From positions 1,050,001-1,082,000 of the forward strand of contig NC_014205.1 in NCBI RefSeq assembly GCF_000092465.1: 32,000 nt of DNA. Direction: 5' to 3'. The stretch is from Staphylothermus hellenicus DSM 12710 (GTDB taxonomy: Archaea > Thermoproteota > Thermoprotei_A > Sulfolobales > Desulfurococcaceae). Numbering within the stretch: the stretch's first letter is position 1; each line of letters opens with the position of its first letter. Both the position numbers and the translations under genes were made by a program. The notes under the pieces are model-generated. The model had not been told where the DNA came from. It saw only the letters and a list, made by a program, of their open reading frames with translations, and did not search any database. Below are positions 1 through 8,203 of the stretch, in pieces.

Positions 1-66
1 GGCTTAAAAATACCGGTTTAGAAAATGTAATAGATTATTTATATGAGTATTTTAGAATGTTTTTAA

Positions 67-1791
67 TCAGCTCTTCTTAGTGATCCCTCTTGTTGCAATA
101 ATGTATAACAATACAACTATTACTAGAACACCTATACTTCCTATGGTTGCGTATAGCAGTGCTTGTTGTTCTCTCTGCTTATACTCGTTGATCTTAGCTT
201 CATAGCTACTGATTTGATCTGTTAGATTTATATTTTCTGCTTTGCATTTTCCTAGAGATTGATTAACATTGAATAATGTCTGGTTTAGCGAGTTCAACTG
301 TTTCTCTAGATTATTTATTTCATTATTTAAGCTCTGTATCTTTAGGTTGATAAAGGAGATCTCATTTATAGCATTAGATAATCCAACACTATATCCTCTA
401 ACTAGTGATGCAATAAATGAAGCTACATTAGCTGGTTGTAATGTAAATGTTGATAGTATTTTCCTCAATTCTTTACCATACACTATTAATTCTCCTTTGC
501 CCACACCATAATATTCTGGGTTATTAATTAATACCAGTTTTTTACCGCCGAAGGATATTGTTGTGAAAGATATGTTTCTACTAATTAGTTCTGATAAAAC
601 ACTGGTTTCATCTCTTTCGACAAAATAGAGTCCTGGCTCCACATATTTAAGTCCTTGAATCGATAGATCCTCTCCATGATCATTAAGTGTGAAAGGAGAA
701 TATATTATTGTAGTAATGTTTTCGTTAATCATATTTTTCGTGATATTTATTATTTCGGATAAACCATTATATGCTAGTTTCTCTAGTTTACTTAGTTGCT
801 CCCTATTAATATAGCCATGCATATATCCTGTCCATAAGTCATATATTAGAGGATACTCTACAAAATTTATTCTGGCCGATCTATATTTGTATGCTGTTGT
901 CAGCATTGACTCATAAAAGCTAATTGTTTCGTTGATAAGCCATTCTAGATCATCTTCTTCCATATACCTAATATATTTAAACGATATCCTCGGAACAACA
1001 GGTCTATTAAACTTCTCAAAGTATTCGGAGAACCATTGATCAGCTCTTCTTGTTCCAGGAGTGAAGAGTATAATATGTGTATTATTTATTTTTAGAACTC
1101 TAAACCTGAGATAATATATTCCAGGCTCAACCGATAATTTTTCATTGGTTATATTAAACTTTAATATTGGAGTAACATTTGTTTCTTTACTGAACTTTAT
1201 GCTATCCACATAGTTTTCAATAGATAAAACAAAGTACTGGGTTGATACTGATAATTTTATGGTTGTATTTAGTTGATCCCATTTAGTTGTCCCATTAATA
1301 GGTATGATGAATAGTGCTGGCTTTATTATTTTATTTGTCCCGTTAAAGTATGGATTCATTGTTCTATTATGAACTTGTGGATTTATCGAGGATAAGCCTA
1401 GAAACATTGTATCAAGTGTTCCCCATAAATTGGTTAATAATTGTTTAGGTACTAGCTTATATAGCTGAGTATAGGTGTTGTTTGGGAGTAGTGCTGTATT
1501 ATTATCTAGCACGATGGCTTTTGATAGATCCCATGAATTGTTCACTAGAACTATTTCATTATAGGACAACGTGTACGGTGGCATCGGGTTTATATATGCT
1601 TTAAAGGTGATATTCTCTAGGTACTTCAGCGGCGAAGTATTAACAGCTTTTTCAAGGGAGAATCCAGGCACGTATAGGAATAGAAATCTTAGATATGCTG
1701 GTTGCTGTGAATAAGTAACTGTTGTTATAGGTGTTACTAATTGAAGCAACAACATGGTTATTATTGCTAGTAGCATGTATTTCTTATTCAT
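67..1791 (-). CDS. Membrane-anchored extracellular protein of unknown function (signal peptide, large sequon-rich ectodomain, coiled-coil stalk, C-terminal TM anchor)
   Basis: 574 aa ORF. The N-terminus is hydrophobic and signal-like (MNKKYMLLAIITMLLLQLV). More than a dozen N-x-S/T sequons are present. The C-terminal segment has a heptad-like pattern (NLKIQSLNNEINNLEKQLNSLNQTL...), followed by a TM helix (LLYATIGSIGVLVIVVLLYIIA) and a basic tail. A GGTG Shine-Dalgarno-like motif lies about 8 nt upstream of the ATG. Confidence 0.7.
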   Translation of the reverse strand: MNKKYMLLAIITMLLLQLVTPITTVTYSQQPAYLRFLFLYVPGFSLEKAVNTSPLKYLENITFKAYINPMPPYTLSYNEIVLVNNSWDLSKAIVLDNNTALLPNNTYTQLYKLVPKQLLTNLWGTLDTMFLGLSSINPQVHNRTMNPYFNGTNKIIKPALFIIPINGTTKWDQLNTTIKLSVSTQYFVLSIENYVDSIKFSKETNVTPILKFNITNEKLSVEPGIYYLRFRVLKINNTHIILFTPGTRRADQWFSEYFEKFNRPVVPRISFKYIRYMEEDDLEWLINETISFYESMLTTAYKYRSARINFVEYPLIYDLWTGYMHGYINREQLSKLEKLAYNGLSEIINITKNMINENITTIIYSPFTLNDHGEDLSIQGLKYVEPGLYFVERDETSVLSELISRNISFTTISFGGKKLVLINNPEYYGVGKGELIVYGKELRKILSTFTLQPANVASFIASLVRGYSVGLSNAINEISFINLKIQSLNNEINNLEKQLNSLNQTLFNVNQSLGKCKAENINLTDQISSYEAKINEYKQREQQALLYATIGSIGVLVIVVLLYIIATRGITKKS

Positions 1792-1821
1792 AGTCTACAC
1801 CACATATTCATCCTTGATTAC

Positions 1822-2100
1822 TCATAGACAGTGAACTGCTCCCCGCTTATGTGGGGGAGCTTCTCCCGTTCCACCCGCCTTCACGGCTTAGGGTTTCATC
1901 TGGGAGTTCAGGGGGGTTCACAGCTCCCCCATCCCACGCCTCACATTAAGGCATGGGCTATATTGATTGCCGAGTTCAAATCTCTATACGGGAACATCCC
2001 AGAAAAGCTTTTAGTTTACTAGTGTATTTAAGATTTTCCCACCCACCTCCTCTTCTATATCCCCTCCCTCACGGGAAAGGTCTTACAAGCAACGAGAAGA
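1822..2100 (-). ncRNA. GC-rich structured RNA of unidentified class, either an independent ncRNA or a long structured leader of the downstream surface-protein gene
   Basis: This is a sharp GC-rich island in AT-rich DNA. Read on the minus strand it forms hairpin CCUUUCCC-GUGA-GGGAGGGG (plus coordinates 2061-2080; 8 bp with two G:U pairs and a GNRA-type loop). It also forms hairpin CCCAUGCCU-UAAUGUG-AGGCGUGGG (1933-1957; 9 bp with one G:U pair). The wobble pairs would be C:A mismatches on the plus strand, which assigns the strand. An AT-rich TATA-like box at ~2113-2135 lies upstream on the minus strand. The boundaries are approximate. Confidence 0.55.
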
Positions 2101-2192
2101 TAAAAATAGAGGGTTATATTTAATAATATTTATCCAGAAATTATGGAATTACTGAATTAAATAGACACTATATTTTTCGTGGTGAATGCCTA

Positions 2193-3083
2193 ATGAGGAT
2201 CCTTATAACAGGTCTTTTACCATATGATTCTGGAAAAACAGAGTTTACTTTAGGTTTAGGTGAGGCTTTAAAAGAATCTGGTTTCGATATAGGATATTTT
2301 AAACCATTAGCTGGGCATAATGGATGGTATCAATATGAGACTCTTATATATTCAAATAATACTGGGTTGCTTATAGGACATGATGCTTATATAGCTGCTG
2401 AAAAACTCGGCCTTATAAATTTATTACCCATTATTTCTCCACTGGATATTCTAACTTTTCCAATAGACCCGTTAGGCAAGGTTTATAGTAGCAGAAGCTA
2501 TATAGAACACATGTCATCAACAGCAAAAACAACTGTTTTAATGAGGTATACTCGAAGCCTTTTCCAAAACAATAAACTAGTAAATCAGCATTTATACGTA
2601 GTTTGTAAGGATACTGTTGAAAAACTTACCAATGATCTCCGAGAAACCCTTGAGAATCTAATTAATTCTCTAAAACAAGATAATACATTATTTATTGAAG
2701 CAAATACGTTATTTGTAGAAAAATTCCTTGAAAATCCACAAATATATAAAACAATCGATGAAAACCTTGTCTTCCTAGATAAGTTCAGTGTTTTACTAAT
2801 AGAAAGCTACAATGACGCTGCAGCGCCAACAATGGGTTCCCTGGATTCCGACTATGTATTCGTTGTTGCCCCTGGTAAAGCTCTACTTTATGAAGGAGAT
2901 AGATTTAAGAAGGCAGTATTGGTTTCTACTTATAGAGGCTATCCATGGGGTGTCAGGTTATCGACTGTTTTCGAAGTACTTGGAAAGCCTTTGAGAAAAT
3001 ATGATATTCCCTTGAAACTATACTCGGAAAAATATAGAGCTGTTTTCAATAATATCGCCGAGTTTATTACCGGGAGAATCTAA
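2193..3083 (+). CDS. P-loop NTPase of the dethiobiotin-synthase/CobQ-like fold (uncharacterised archaeal family)
   Basis: 296 aa. The N-terminus MRILITGLLPYDSGKTEFTLGLGEAL...GYFKPLAGHN resembles the DTBS-type pattern (xFxTGTDTxVGKT ... KPVxxG). It is the first gene of a co-directional 4-gene cluster. Confidence 0.6.
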   Translation: MRILITGLLPYDSGKTEFTLGLGEALKESGFDIGYFKPLAGHNGWYQYETLIYSNNTGLLIGHDAYIAAEKLGLINLLPIISPLDILTFPIDPLGKVYSSRSYIEHMSSTAKTTVLMRYTRSLFQNNKLVNQHLYVVCKDTVEKLTNDLRETLENLINSLKQDNTLFIEANTLFVEKFLENPQIYKTIDENLVFLDKFSVLLIESYNDAAAPTMGSLDSDYVFVVAPGKALLYEGDRFKKAVLVSTYRGYPWGVRLSTVFEVLGKPLRKYDIPLKLYSEKYRAVFNNIAEFITGRI

Positions 3084-3117
3084 AATAAATATAAAGACAG
3101 ATGTGGTGATTCACTAG

Positions 3118-4050
3118 TTGTTTAAAGAGCTTCTAAAACATGGTTATGCGAAGAGATCAACCGGTACAGAATATGCTTTTACAATTATTAATAGATTGCT
3201 CAATATTGTTGAAAGAGGTAGCCGTGAAGAATTTGTTGAATCCTATAAAAGCATTATTAATAGTTTAGAGAGTGAAAGACCTGCAAGCATGGCCTCATGG
3301 AATCTTCTAAGAGAAATAGGGAAATATTTTGTTGAGAACGGATTTGAGGGGTTAAAGGAAAAAATCTTAGAGCTTCGTGAGAAATATGATAAGGCTTGCT
3401 GGGATGCAGCAAATATTGCTGCTAAGAGAGTGGTTGATGGAGAAGTATTAATGACTATTAGTAATAGTTTATGTGTTAGGAGAATGTTCAAGATCCTTGT
3501 TGATGAAGGCATCAAGTATAGTGTGTATGTTCTAGAATCTAGGCCTGGCATGGAAGGGTTAGAGACAGCTTCTTATCTGGATGATCTCGGGGTTAAAACA
3601 TATTTAGTAGTTGATTCAGCAGCTCGTTTCTTCATGAAAAACGTTAATAGAGTCTTTATAGGAGCAGAAGCAATTGCTGTTAATGGGGCTCTAGTAGGAA
3701 AAATTGGTACAAGTATACTTTGCTTAACAGCTAATGAAGCACGTGTAAGAGTTTTTGCTGTTGCACCACTCTATAAGTTCAGCTATGAAACAATACATGG
3801 AGAATTAATTGAGCTTCCCGAAGGTGATTGGAGAAGTTTAATGAATGAAGAAGCCCGCAAAACTCTTCCAGAAAACTATAATGCGAGAGCACCAATATAC
3901 GATGTAACACCGCCCAATTATATAGATGCTATAGCGACCGAGCTCGGCTTGTTCGCTCCCCAAGCTGTACCCGTTATTCTTAGACAAGTCTACGGAGGCT
4001 TCCCGCCCCCGATACCTAGTATTGAAGAAATATTGGAGAAGATGAGGTGA
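3118..4050 (+). CDS. eIF-2B alpha/beta/delta family protein (aIF-2B subunit-like); lacks the isomerase Cys/Asp pair
   Basis: 310 aa with a TTG start. Family motifs are present: LESRPGMEG, VFIGAEAIAVNGALVGKIGTS and APLYKF. It has TISNS and GAE where the downstream paralogue has THCHS and GAD. Its stop overlaps the next gene's start by 4 nt. Confidence 0.8.
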   Translation: MFKELLKHGYAKRSTGTEYAFTIINRLLNIVERGSREEFVESYKSIINSLESERPASMASWNLLREIGKYFVENGFEGLKEKILELREKYDKACWDAANIAAKRVVDGEVLMTISNSLCVRRMFKILVDEGIKYSVYVLESRPGMEGLETASYLDDLGVKTYLVVDSAARFFMKNVNRVFIGAEAIAVNGALVGKIGTSILCLTANEARVRVFAVAPLYKFSYETIHGELIELPEGDWRSLMNEEARKTLPENYNARAPIYDVTPPNYIDAIATELGLFAPQAVPVILRQVYGGFPPPIPSIEEILEKMR

Positions 4051-5048
4051 AGAATATGGAGATACCGGCTAAGGTATTAGAAATAGCTGAAGGAATAAAA
4101 ACTATGAGAATACGTGGTGCGGGCAGAATTGCTAGAGCAGCTGCGGAAGCGTTAAAGATAGCGGCTGAAAACTATAAAGGCCCAAACGATCCTGGAGAGT
4201 TTCGAAAATACATGTCTAGAATAGCCAACCTAGTAATCTCAACTAGACCCACAGCTGTTAGTTTACCTAATGCCGTAATATATGTAATGTATAACTTAGG
4301 CAAAGCTTCAGGGAATGTTGAAGAGCTCAAAAGAATCGTTGTTAGTACCGCTGAAAAGTTTATTGAGGAAAGCTTGAATGCTGTTAAGAAAATAGGGATG
4401 ATCGGTGCTAGGAGGATTAAGGATAACGCTGTTGTTCTTACTCATTGTCATAGCACAGCCGCTGCATCAGTAATAATTACAGCTTATAAAATGGGGAAAA
4501 TTGTGAAAGTTTACAGTACAGAGACTAGGCCATTTTATCAGGGACGAATAACTTATAAACACTTATCCGAGCACGGTGTCCCGGTTACCCAGATCCCTGA
4601 CAGTGCTGTGAGATATATTATGAACGAGGTTGACCAAGTTGTTGTCGGCGCTGATACTATTGCTAGTAATGGAGCCGTTGTAAACAAGATTGGAACAAGC
4701 CAAGTAGCATTAGTAGCCCATGAAGCACGTGTAAGAGTTTTTGTAGCAGCCGAGACATACAAGTTCTCGCCAGCTACTCTTATAGGAGAACTTGTACCAA
4801 TCGAGTTTAGGCCTCCAACAGAGATAGTTCCGCAGGAATGGATAGATAAACATAGAAATGTAGAGGTATTGAATCCAGCCTTCGATGTTACTCCGCCAGA
4901 ATATATTGACGCAATAATTACTGAGCAAGGAGTTATTCCTCCACAATCAGCTATACTAGTACTACTTGAAAGATTCGGTTGGGCTTTGGAGAAGATTAAA
5001 CAGGGGGGATTAGGAAAGATATTATTTGAAGAAACATTGGAGGAGTAA
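4047..5048 (+). CDS. eIF-2B family protein, probable ribose-1,5-bisphosphate isomerase
   Basis: 333 aa. Motifs are RPTAVSL, LTHCHSTAAA (Cys134), TETRPFYQG, VVVGADTIASNGAVVNKIGTS (Asp203), AETYKF and FDVTPPEYI. The Cys/Asp positions match the catalytic pair I recall for the Thermococcus kodakarensis enzyme. Confidence 0.8.
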   Translation: MKNMEIPAKVLEIAEGIKTMRIRGAGRIARAAAEALKIAAENYKGPNDPGEFRKYMSRIANLVISTRPTAVSLPNAVIYVMYNLGKASGNVEELKRIVVSTAEKFIEESLNAVKKIGMIGARRIKDNAVVLTHCHSTAAASVIITAYKMGKIVKVYSTETRPFYQGRITYKHLSEHGVPVTQIPDSAVRYIMNEVDQVVVGADTIASNGAVVNKIGTSQVALVAHEARVRVFVAAETYKFSPATLIGELVPIEFRPPTEIVPQEWIDKHRNVEVLNPAFDVTPPEYIDAIITEQGVIPPQSAILVLLERFGWALEKIKQGGLGKILFEETLEE

Positions 5049-5052
5049 TTAG

Positions 5053-5391
5053 TTGAATCCACTGGAGAAAAAGAAAAATGAAATAATAAAATTAATAGAT
5101 GATAGCAGACAGGATGGGAGAAAAATAGCGTTCTACTCAGATCCTCTTGTTATAGAAATACTGGATAAGGTATATGAGCTGTGGGAGAAAAACAATAGAA
5201 AAGGCATACCATTAGATTATGCTTCCCCAGAACAAATTAATGTATTATATAATTTAGCACTAAAATATTCAAGAGTTTCAGATTCTGAAGCATGGGCATT
5301 ATATCTGAGAAGAACAGTATACGGCACTGAGAAGGAAAATGAATCCGAGAATAAGAAATCACGGCTTAGAAGCATTCTAAGATTCATATAA
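5053..5391 (+). CDS. Hypothetical protein, last gene of the eIF-2B-family cluster
   Basis: 112 aa ORF with a TTG start, 4 nt after the preceding stop. It looks helical and charged, and I recognise no family. Confidence 0.5.
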   Translation: MNPLEKKKNEIIKLIDDSRQDGRKIAFYSDPLVIEILDKVYELWEKNNRKGIPLDYASPEQINVLYNLALKYSRVSDSEAWALYLRRTVYGTEKENESENKKSRLRSILRFI

Positions 5392-5459
5392 TAACGTTGT
5401 TTTTAGTGGAACACTAAGGAAATTAATTATTAACCCTTAAACAATAATTATTCATACAT

Positions 5460-5536
5460 GCGCGCCGCCCCCAAGTTTGACGCCCCCGATCTTTGGGGGT
5501 ATTGGATGACCTGGGGGGACTTGTCCCCCGCATCCT
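5460..5536 (+). ncRNA. GC-rich double-hairpin element, either a small RNA or the 5' UTR structure of the DUF59 gene
   Basis: GC-rich island about 30 nt upstream of the ATG at 5565. Hairpin A is CCCCC(5483-5487)/GGGGG(5495-5499), with an alternative 5' partner CCCCCAAG (5468-5475). Hairpin B (5504-5535) is GGAUG...GGGGGA-CUUG-UCCCCC...CAUCC. AT-rich TATA-like sequence lies at ~5420-5455. Confidence 0.35.
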
Positions 5537-5564
5537 ATTTAGTTCTCGATAGTGGTGCTGAGAT

Positions 5565-5930
5565 ATGGATGAGAAAGAAAAAGAAGAGTTGAAAAAGAAT
5601 ATAATAGCTGTTCTTGAAACTGTAGCTGACCCTGAAATAGGGATTGATGTATATAATCTAGGTATGATTTATGGAATAGACGTTATAGATGAGAAACATG
5701 TTAAAATAAAAATGACCTTAACTACTCCTTTCTGTCCATTAGCAAACATTTTGCCAATGATGGTTGTTGATGAATTGAAGAGAAAACTAGGTATAGAAGC
5801 AGATGTTGAAATAGTGATGGAGCCGCCATGGACACCTTTGATGATGACTGAGAAGGGTAGGAGAATATTCAAGGAACGCTACGGATACGATATCGTTGAA
5901 GAATATAAGAAAGCACAACAAGCACAATAA
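5565..5930 (+). CDS. DUF59/MIP18-family Fe-S cluster assembly protein (SufT/PaaD-like)
   Basis: 121 aa. Motifs VADPEIGIDVYNLGMIY, KMTLTTPFCPL and EPPWTP are typical of the DUF59 family. GGTG lies upstream of the ATG. Confidence 0.85.
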   Translation: MDEKEKEELKKNIIAVLETVADPEIGIDVYNLGMIYGIDVIDEKHVKIKMTLTTPFCPLANILPMMVVDELKRKLGIEADVEIVMEPPWTPLMMTEKGRRIFKERYGYDIVEEYKKAQQAQ

Positions 5931-5992
5931 ATACTTCACTAACAATTCTCCTATTCTAGAAAAACACTTATGTTATCATATTATTTTATTTC

Positions 5993-7399
5993 ATGAATAG
6001 TAATGATAGGTGTGAAACATTGAGTTGGAGCATACTTAAACTTTTGCGGGAGAAACCTGAAGAGCTAAAGAAGCATGTTAAGAAAAGATTCATGGATCCA
6101 AGCATTGTTGATGAAGCATATAAAACAGATCTAGAGTGGAGAAGAACTCTAACATATATACAAGAGCTAAGGCATAAACATAATATTGCTAGTCGTGAAA
6201 TACCAAGGCTGAAAGGGCCGGATAAGGAGAAGAAAATAAAGGAGGCAAGGCAACTATTAAAAGAGCTTGAAAAAGTAGAGAAGAAATTGAAAGAATTAGA
6301 GGAGAAGAGGCTAAAACTATTATTTTCACTACCAAACATTGTTCATGAAACAGTTCCTATAGGTCCGGATGATACATATAATGTACCGATAAGATTTTGG
6401 GGTAAACCAAAAGTTTGGGAAGGCTTTACTGATCAATTCAAAGAGCAAACAGAAAAGTATGGTTTCAAAGTAGAATATGAAGTAATCGATTGGAAACCAG
6501 TAGGACACGCTGATATGTTAGAAAAAGTATTAATGCTTGGAGACACTTTTAAAGCTGGACAAGTTGCTGGAAGCAGGTTTTACTATTTATTCAATGACAT
6601 AGTATTCCTAGACATGGCATTATTAGCGTACGCGATCGATTATCTTACAAGCAAAGGCTACACATTAGTATTACCACCCTACATGCTGAGACATAAGGTG
6701 ATGATGGGAGTAATTGATATGGATACTTTCAAAGACGCCATATATAAGATAGAGGGGGAAGACTTATACTTGATTGCAACAGCAGAGCATCCATTAGCAG
6801 CGCTTCATGCATGGGAGGATATTCCCGAGGAAAAACTTCCTCTAAAATATGCTGGTATAAGTCCTTGTTTTAGAAAAGAAGCTGGCGCAGGTAATAGGGA
6901 TCTAAAAGGTATTTTCAGAGTGCATCAATTCCATAAAGTTGAACAATTCGTATATGCAAAGCCTGAGGATAGCTGGAATATCATGGAGGAACTGATAAGC
7001 AATGCTGAACACTTATTCCAAGGCTTAGGTATTCCATATAGAATAGTAAATATAGCTAGCGGAGATCTAGGCGCGCCTGCAGCAAAGAAATATGACTTAG
7101 AAGCTTGGATGCCTGCTCAGGGAAGGTACCGTGAAATGGTTAGTTGTAGCAATGTAACTGATTGGCAAGCATTTAGGCTTAGAATAAGGCTTATAAGGAG
7201 AAAAGGAATGGTTAAAGAATATCTCCATACACTTAATAGTACCGCGATAGCGAGTACCAGAACAATTACCGCAATACTTGAAAACTTCCAAGAACCAGAT
7301 GGAACAGTTATTGTTCCAAAAGTGTTGAGGAAGTATCTAGAAGTATTTAAATCTGCGCCAATAGATGCTATTCACCCTGTTAAGAAGGAAAAGAACTAA
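5993..7399 (+). CDS. serS: Seryl-tRNA synthetase
   Basis: 468 aa with an N-terminal coiled-coil arm. Class II motifs are present: [31 protein letters not shown] and [19 protein letters not shown]. The true start is probably TTG at 6020 (product [10 protein letters not shown]...), preceded by AGGTG at 6008-6012. Confidence 0.95.
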   Translation: MNSNDRCETLSWSILKLLREKPEELKKHVKKRFMDPSIVDEAYKTDLEWRRTLTYIQELRHKHNIASREIPRLKGPDKEKKIKEARQLLKELEKVEKKLKELEEKRLKLLFSLPNIVHETVPIGPDDTYNVPIRFWGKPKVWEGFTDQFKEQTEKYGFKVEYEVIDWKPVGHADMLEKVLMLGDTFKAGQVAGSRFYYLFNDIVFLDMALLAYAIDYLTSKGYTLVLPPYMLRHKVMMGVIDMDTFKDAIYKIEGEDLYLIATAEHPLAALHAWEDIPEEKLPLKYAGISPCFRKEAGAGNRDLKGIFRVHQFHKVEQFVYAKPEDSWNIMEELISNAEHLFQGLGIPYRIVNIASGDLGAPAAKKYDLEAWMPAQGRYREMVSCSNVTDWQAFRLRIRLIRRKGMVKEYLHTLNSTAIASTRTITAILENFQEPDGTVIVPKVLRKYLEVFKSAPIDAIHPVKKEKN

Positions 7400-7516
7400 A
7401 CAATTCCGTAATTGCTTATATAATGATTCGTTTTTAAATAATCACTCCTAGTAATCCTACTGTATTATTCTTCTATGCGTATTATAAGGTATACTAGTTA
7501 ATTATTCTCAAAACGG

Positions 7517-7915
7517 GTGATATTGTTGAATAGTGATAAAGAAATACTGGATTTTGAAGTTTCAAAGGTTCAAGTAATGCTTTTACTCGATTTTGACGAT
7601 GAAAGCGAGAAAGCTTTACAGTTAGCTTGGAATATCGCCGAAGAATTACTTGATAAAGAAAATATTTGGGTAGAAGTCATACCTATTCACACATGGATCG
7701 GTGATCCCTTAGGTATCGAATATGCTGATTTACCCAAGATCATAATCAATGGTAAAACTATGTTTATAGGCAGAGCGCCAACAAAAAAAGAATTCATTGA
7801 AGCTATTCTGGATAGAGTCAATAAAGGCGCGTTTATCAAAGAAGAAGCATTTATTACTGCAGCTAGAATATGGGACCAAGGGTTTCTAGCCGCCGCCCTT
7901 GTTGATACATTCTAG
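7517..7915 (+). CDS. Thioredoxin-fold (Thioredoxin_3/glutaredoxin-like) protein with no cysteine
   Basis: 132 aa with a GTG start. LPKIIINGKTMFIGRAPTKKEFIEAIL resembles the C-terminal half of small redox-active disulfide proteins. The protein contains no Cys; DDES sits where CxxC would be expected. Confidence 0.55.
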   Translation: MILLNSDKEILDFEVSKVQVMLLLDFDDESEKALQLAWNIAEELLDKENIWVEVIPIHTWIGDPLGIEYADLPKIIINGKTMFIGRAPTKKEFIEAILDRVNKGAFIKEEAFITAARIWDQGFLAAALVDTF

Positions 7916-8133
7916 TAATAAACAAATCTTTATAAGGATGATTAAACAAAACATATAAATGCCGAGCAGTCCACCGCCCACAAGAAATCATTATACATGA
8001 TACCACCACCGCCCGGTAATATGGTATGTTTAATAATTTTGCCATAACCGTACATGGTCTCTAACAAAACGGTATCTTACACATTCAATGACATTTATGC
8101 TGACCAGAATAATCTGGTATAACAATTAATACA

Positions 8134-8203
8134 CCTAACCCATGGCCTCCAGGGTTTTTCCCGCGGAGGCCGGGTAAAGGCCTCCGGGAGGCTATGGGTT
8201 AGG
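8134..8203. repeat. Extended GC-rich palindromic hairpin at the 3' end of the pfkB-like gene
   Basis: The outer arms are cctaacccatggcctcc (8134-8150) and ggaggctatgggttagg (8187-8203), giving 17 bp with one G:U pair if read on the plus strand. The inner hairpin is ggaggcc(8165-8171)-gggtaaa-ggcctcc(8179-8185). It is flanked by a second, nested inverted-repeat set (see findings). Confidence 0.6.

Noticed and set aside
1966-1982. T-loop-like string gagttcaaatctc suggesting a tRNA or split-tRNA half
   Set aside because: The flanking bases form at most a 3-bp T-stem, and no acceptor, D or anticodon arms can be drawn. The string also sits on the strand opposite to the supported RNA.
1831-2022. 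63-aa ORF inside the GC-rich island
   Set aside because: It lies on the strand opposite to the one supported by G:U-containing stems. Its composition (Gly/His/Pro/Ser-rich) is unlike neighbouring proteins, and the region is better explained as structured RNA.
1822-2100. Assignment of this RNA as SRP (7S) RNA or RNase P RNA
   Set aside because: I could not find the helix-8 GGAA/AGCA-type motif, a 5'/3' closing helix, or the GGAAAGUCC-type P4 strand. The RNA is kept as unidentified rather than given a forced name.
4553-5062. 169-aa and 78-aa minus-strand ORFs inside the second eIF-2B-family gene
   Set aside because: These are antisense shadows of a strongly motif-supported plus-strand gene. 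Their composition is low-complexity and Ser/Thr-rich.
5504-5556. Possible C/D box sRNA (GGAUGA at 5504-5509 ... CUGA at ~5549-5552)
   Set aside because: The C box is imperfect and no C'/D' boxes are present. The intervening sequence is a stable hairpin rather than single-stranded guides, and the CUGA overlaps the ribosome-binding region of the DUF59 gene.
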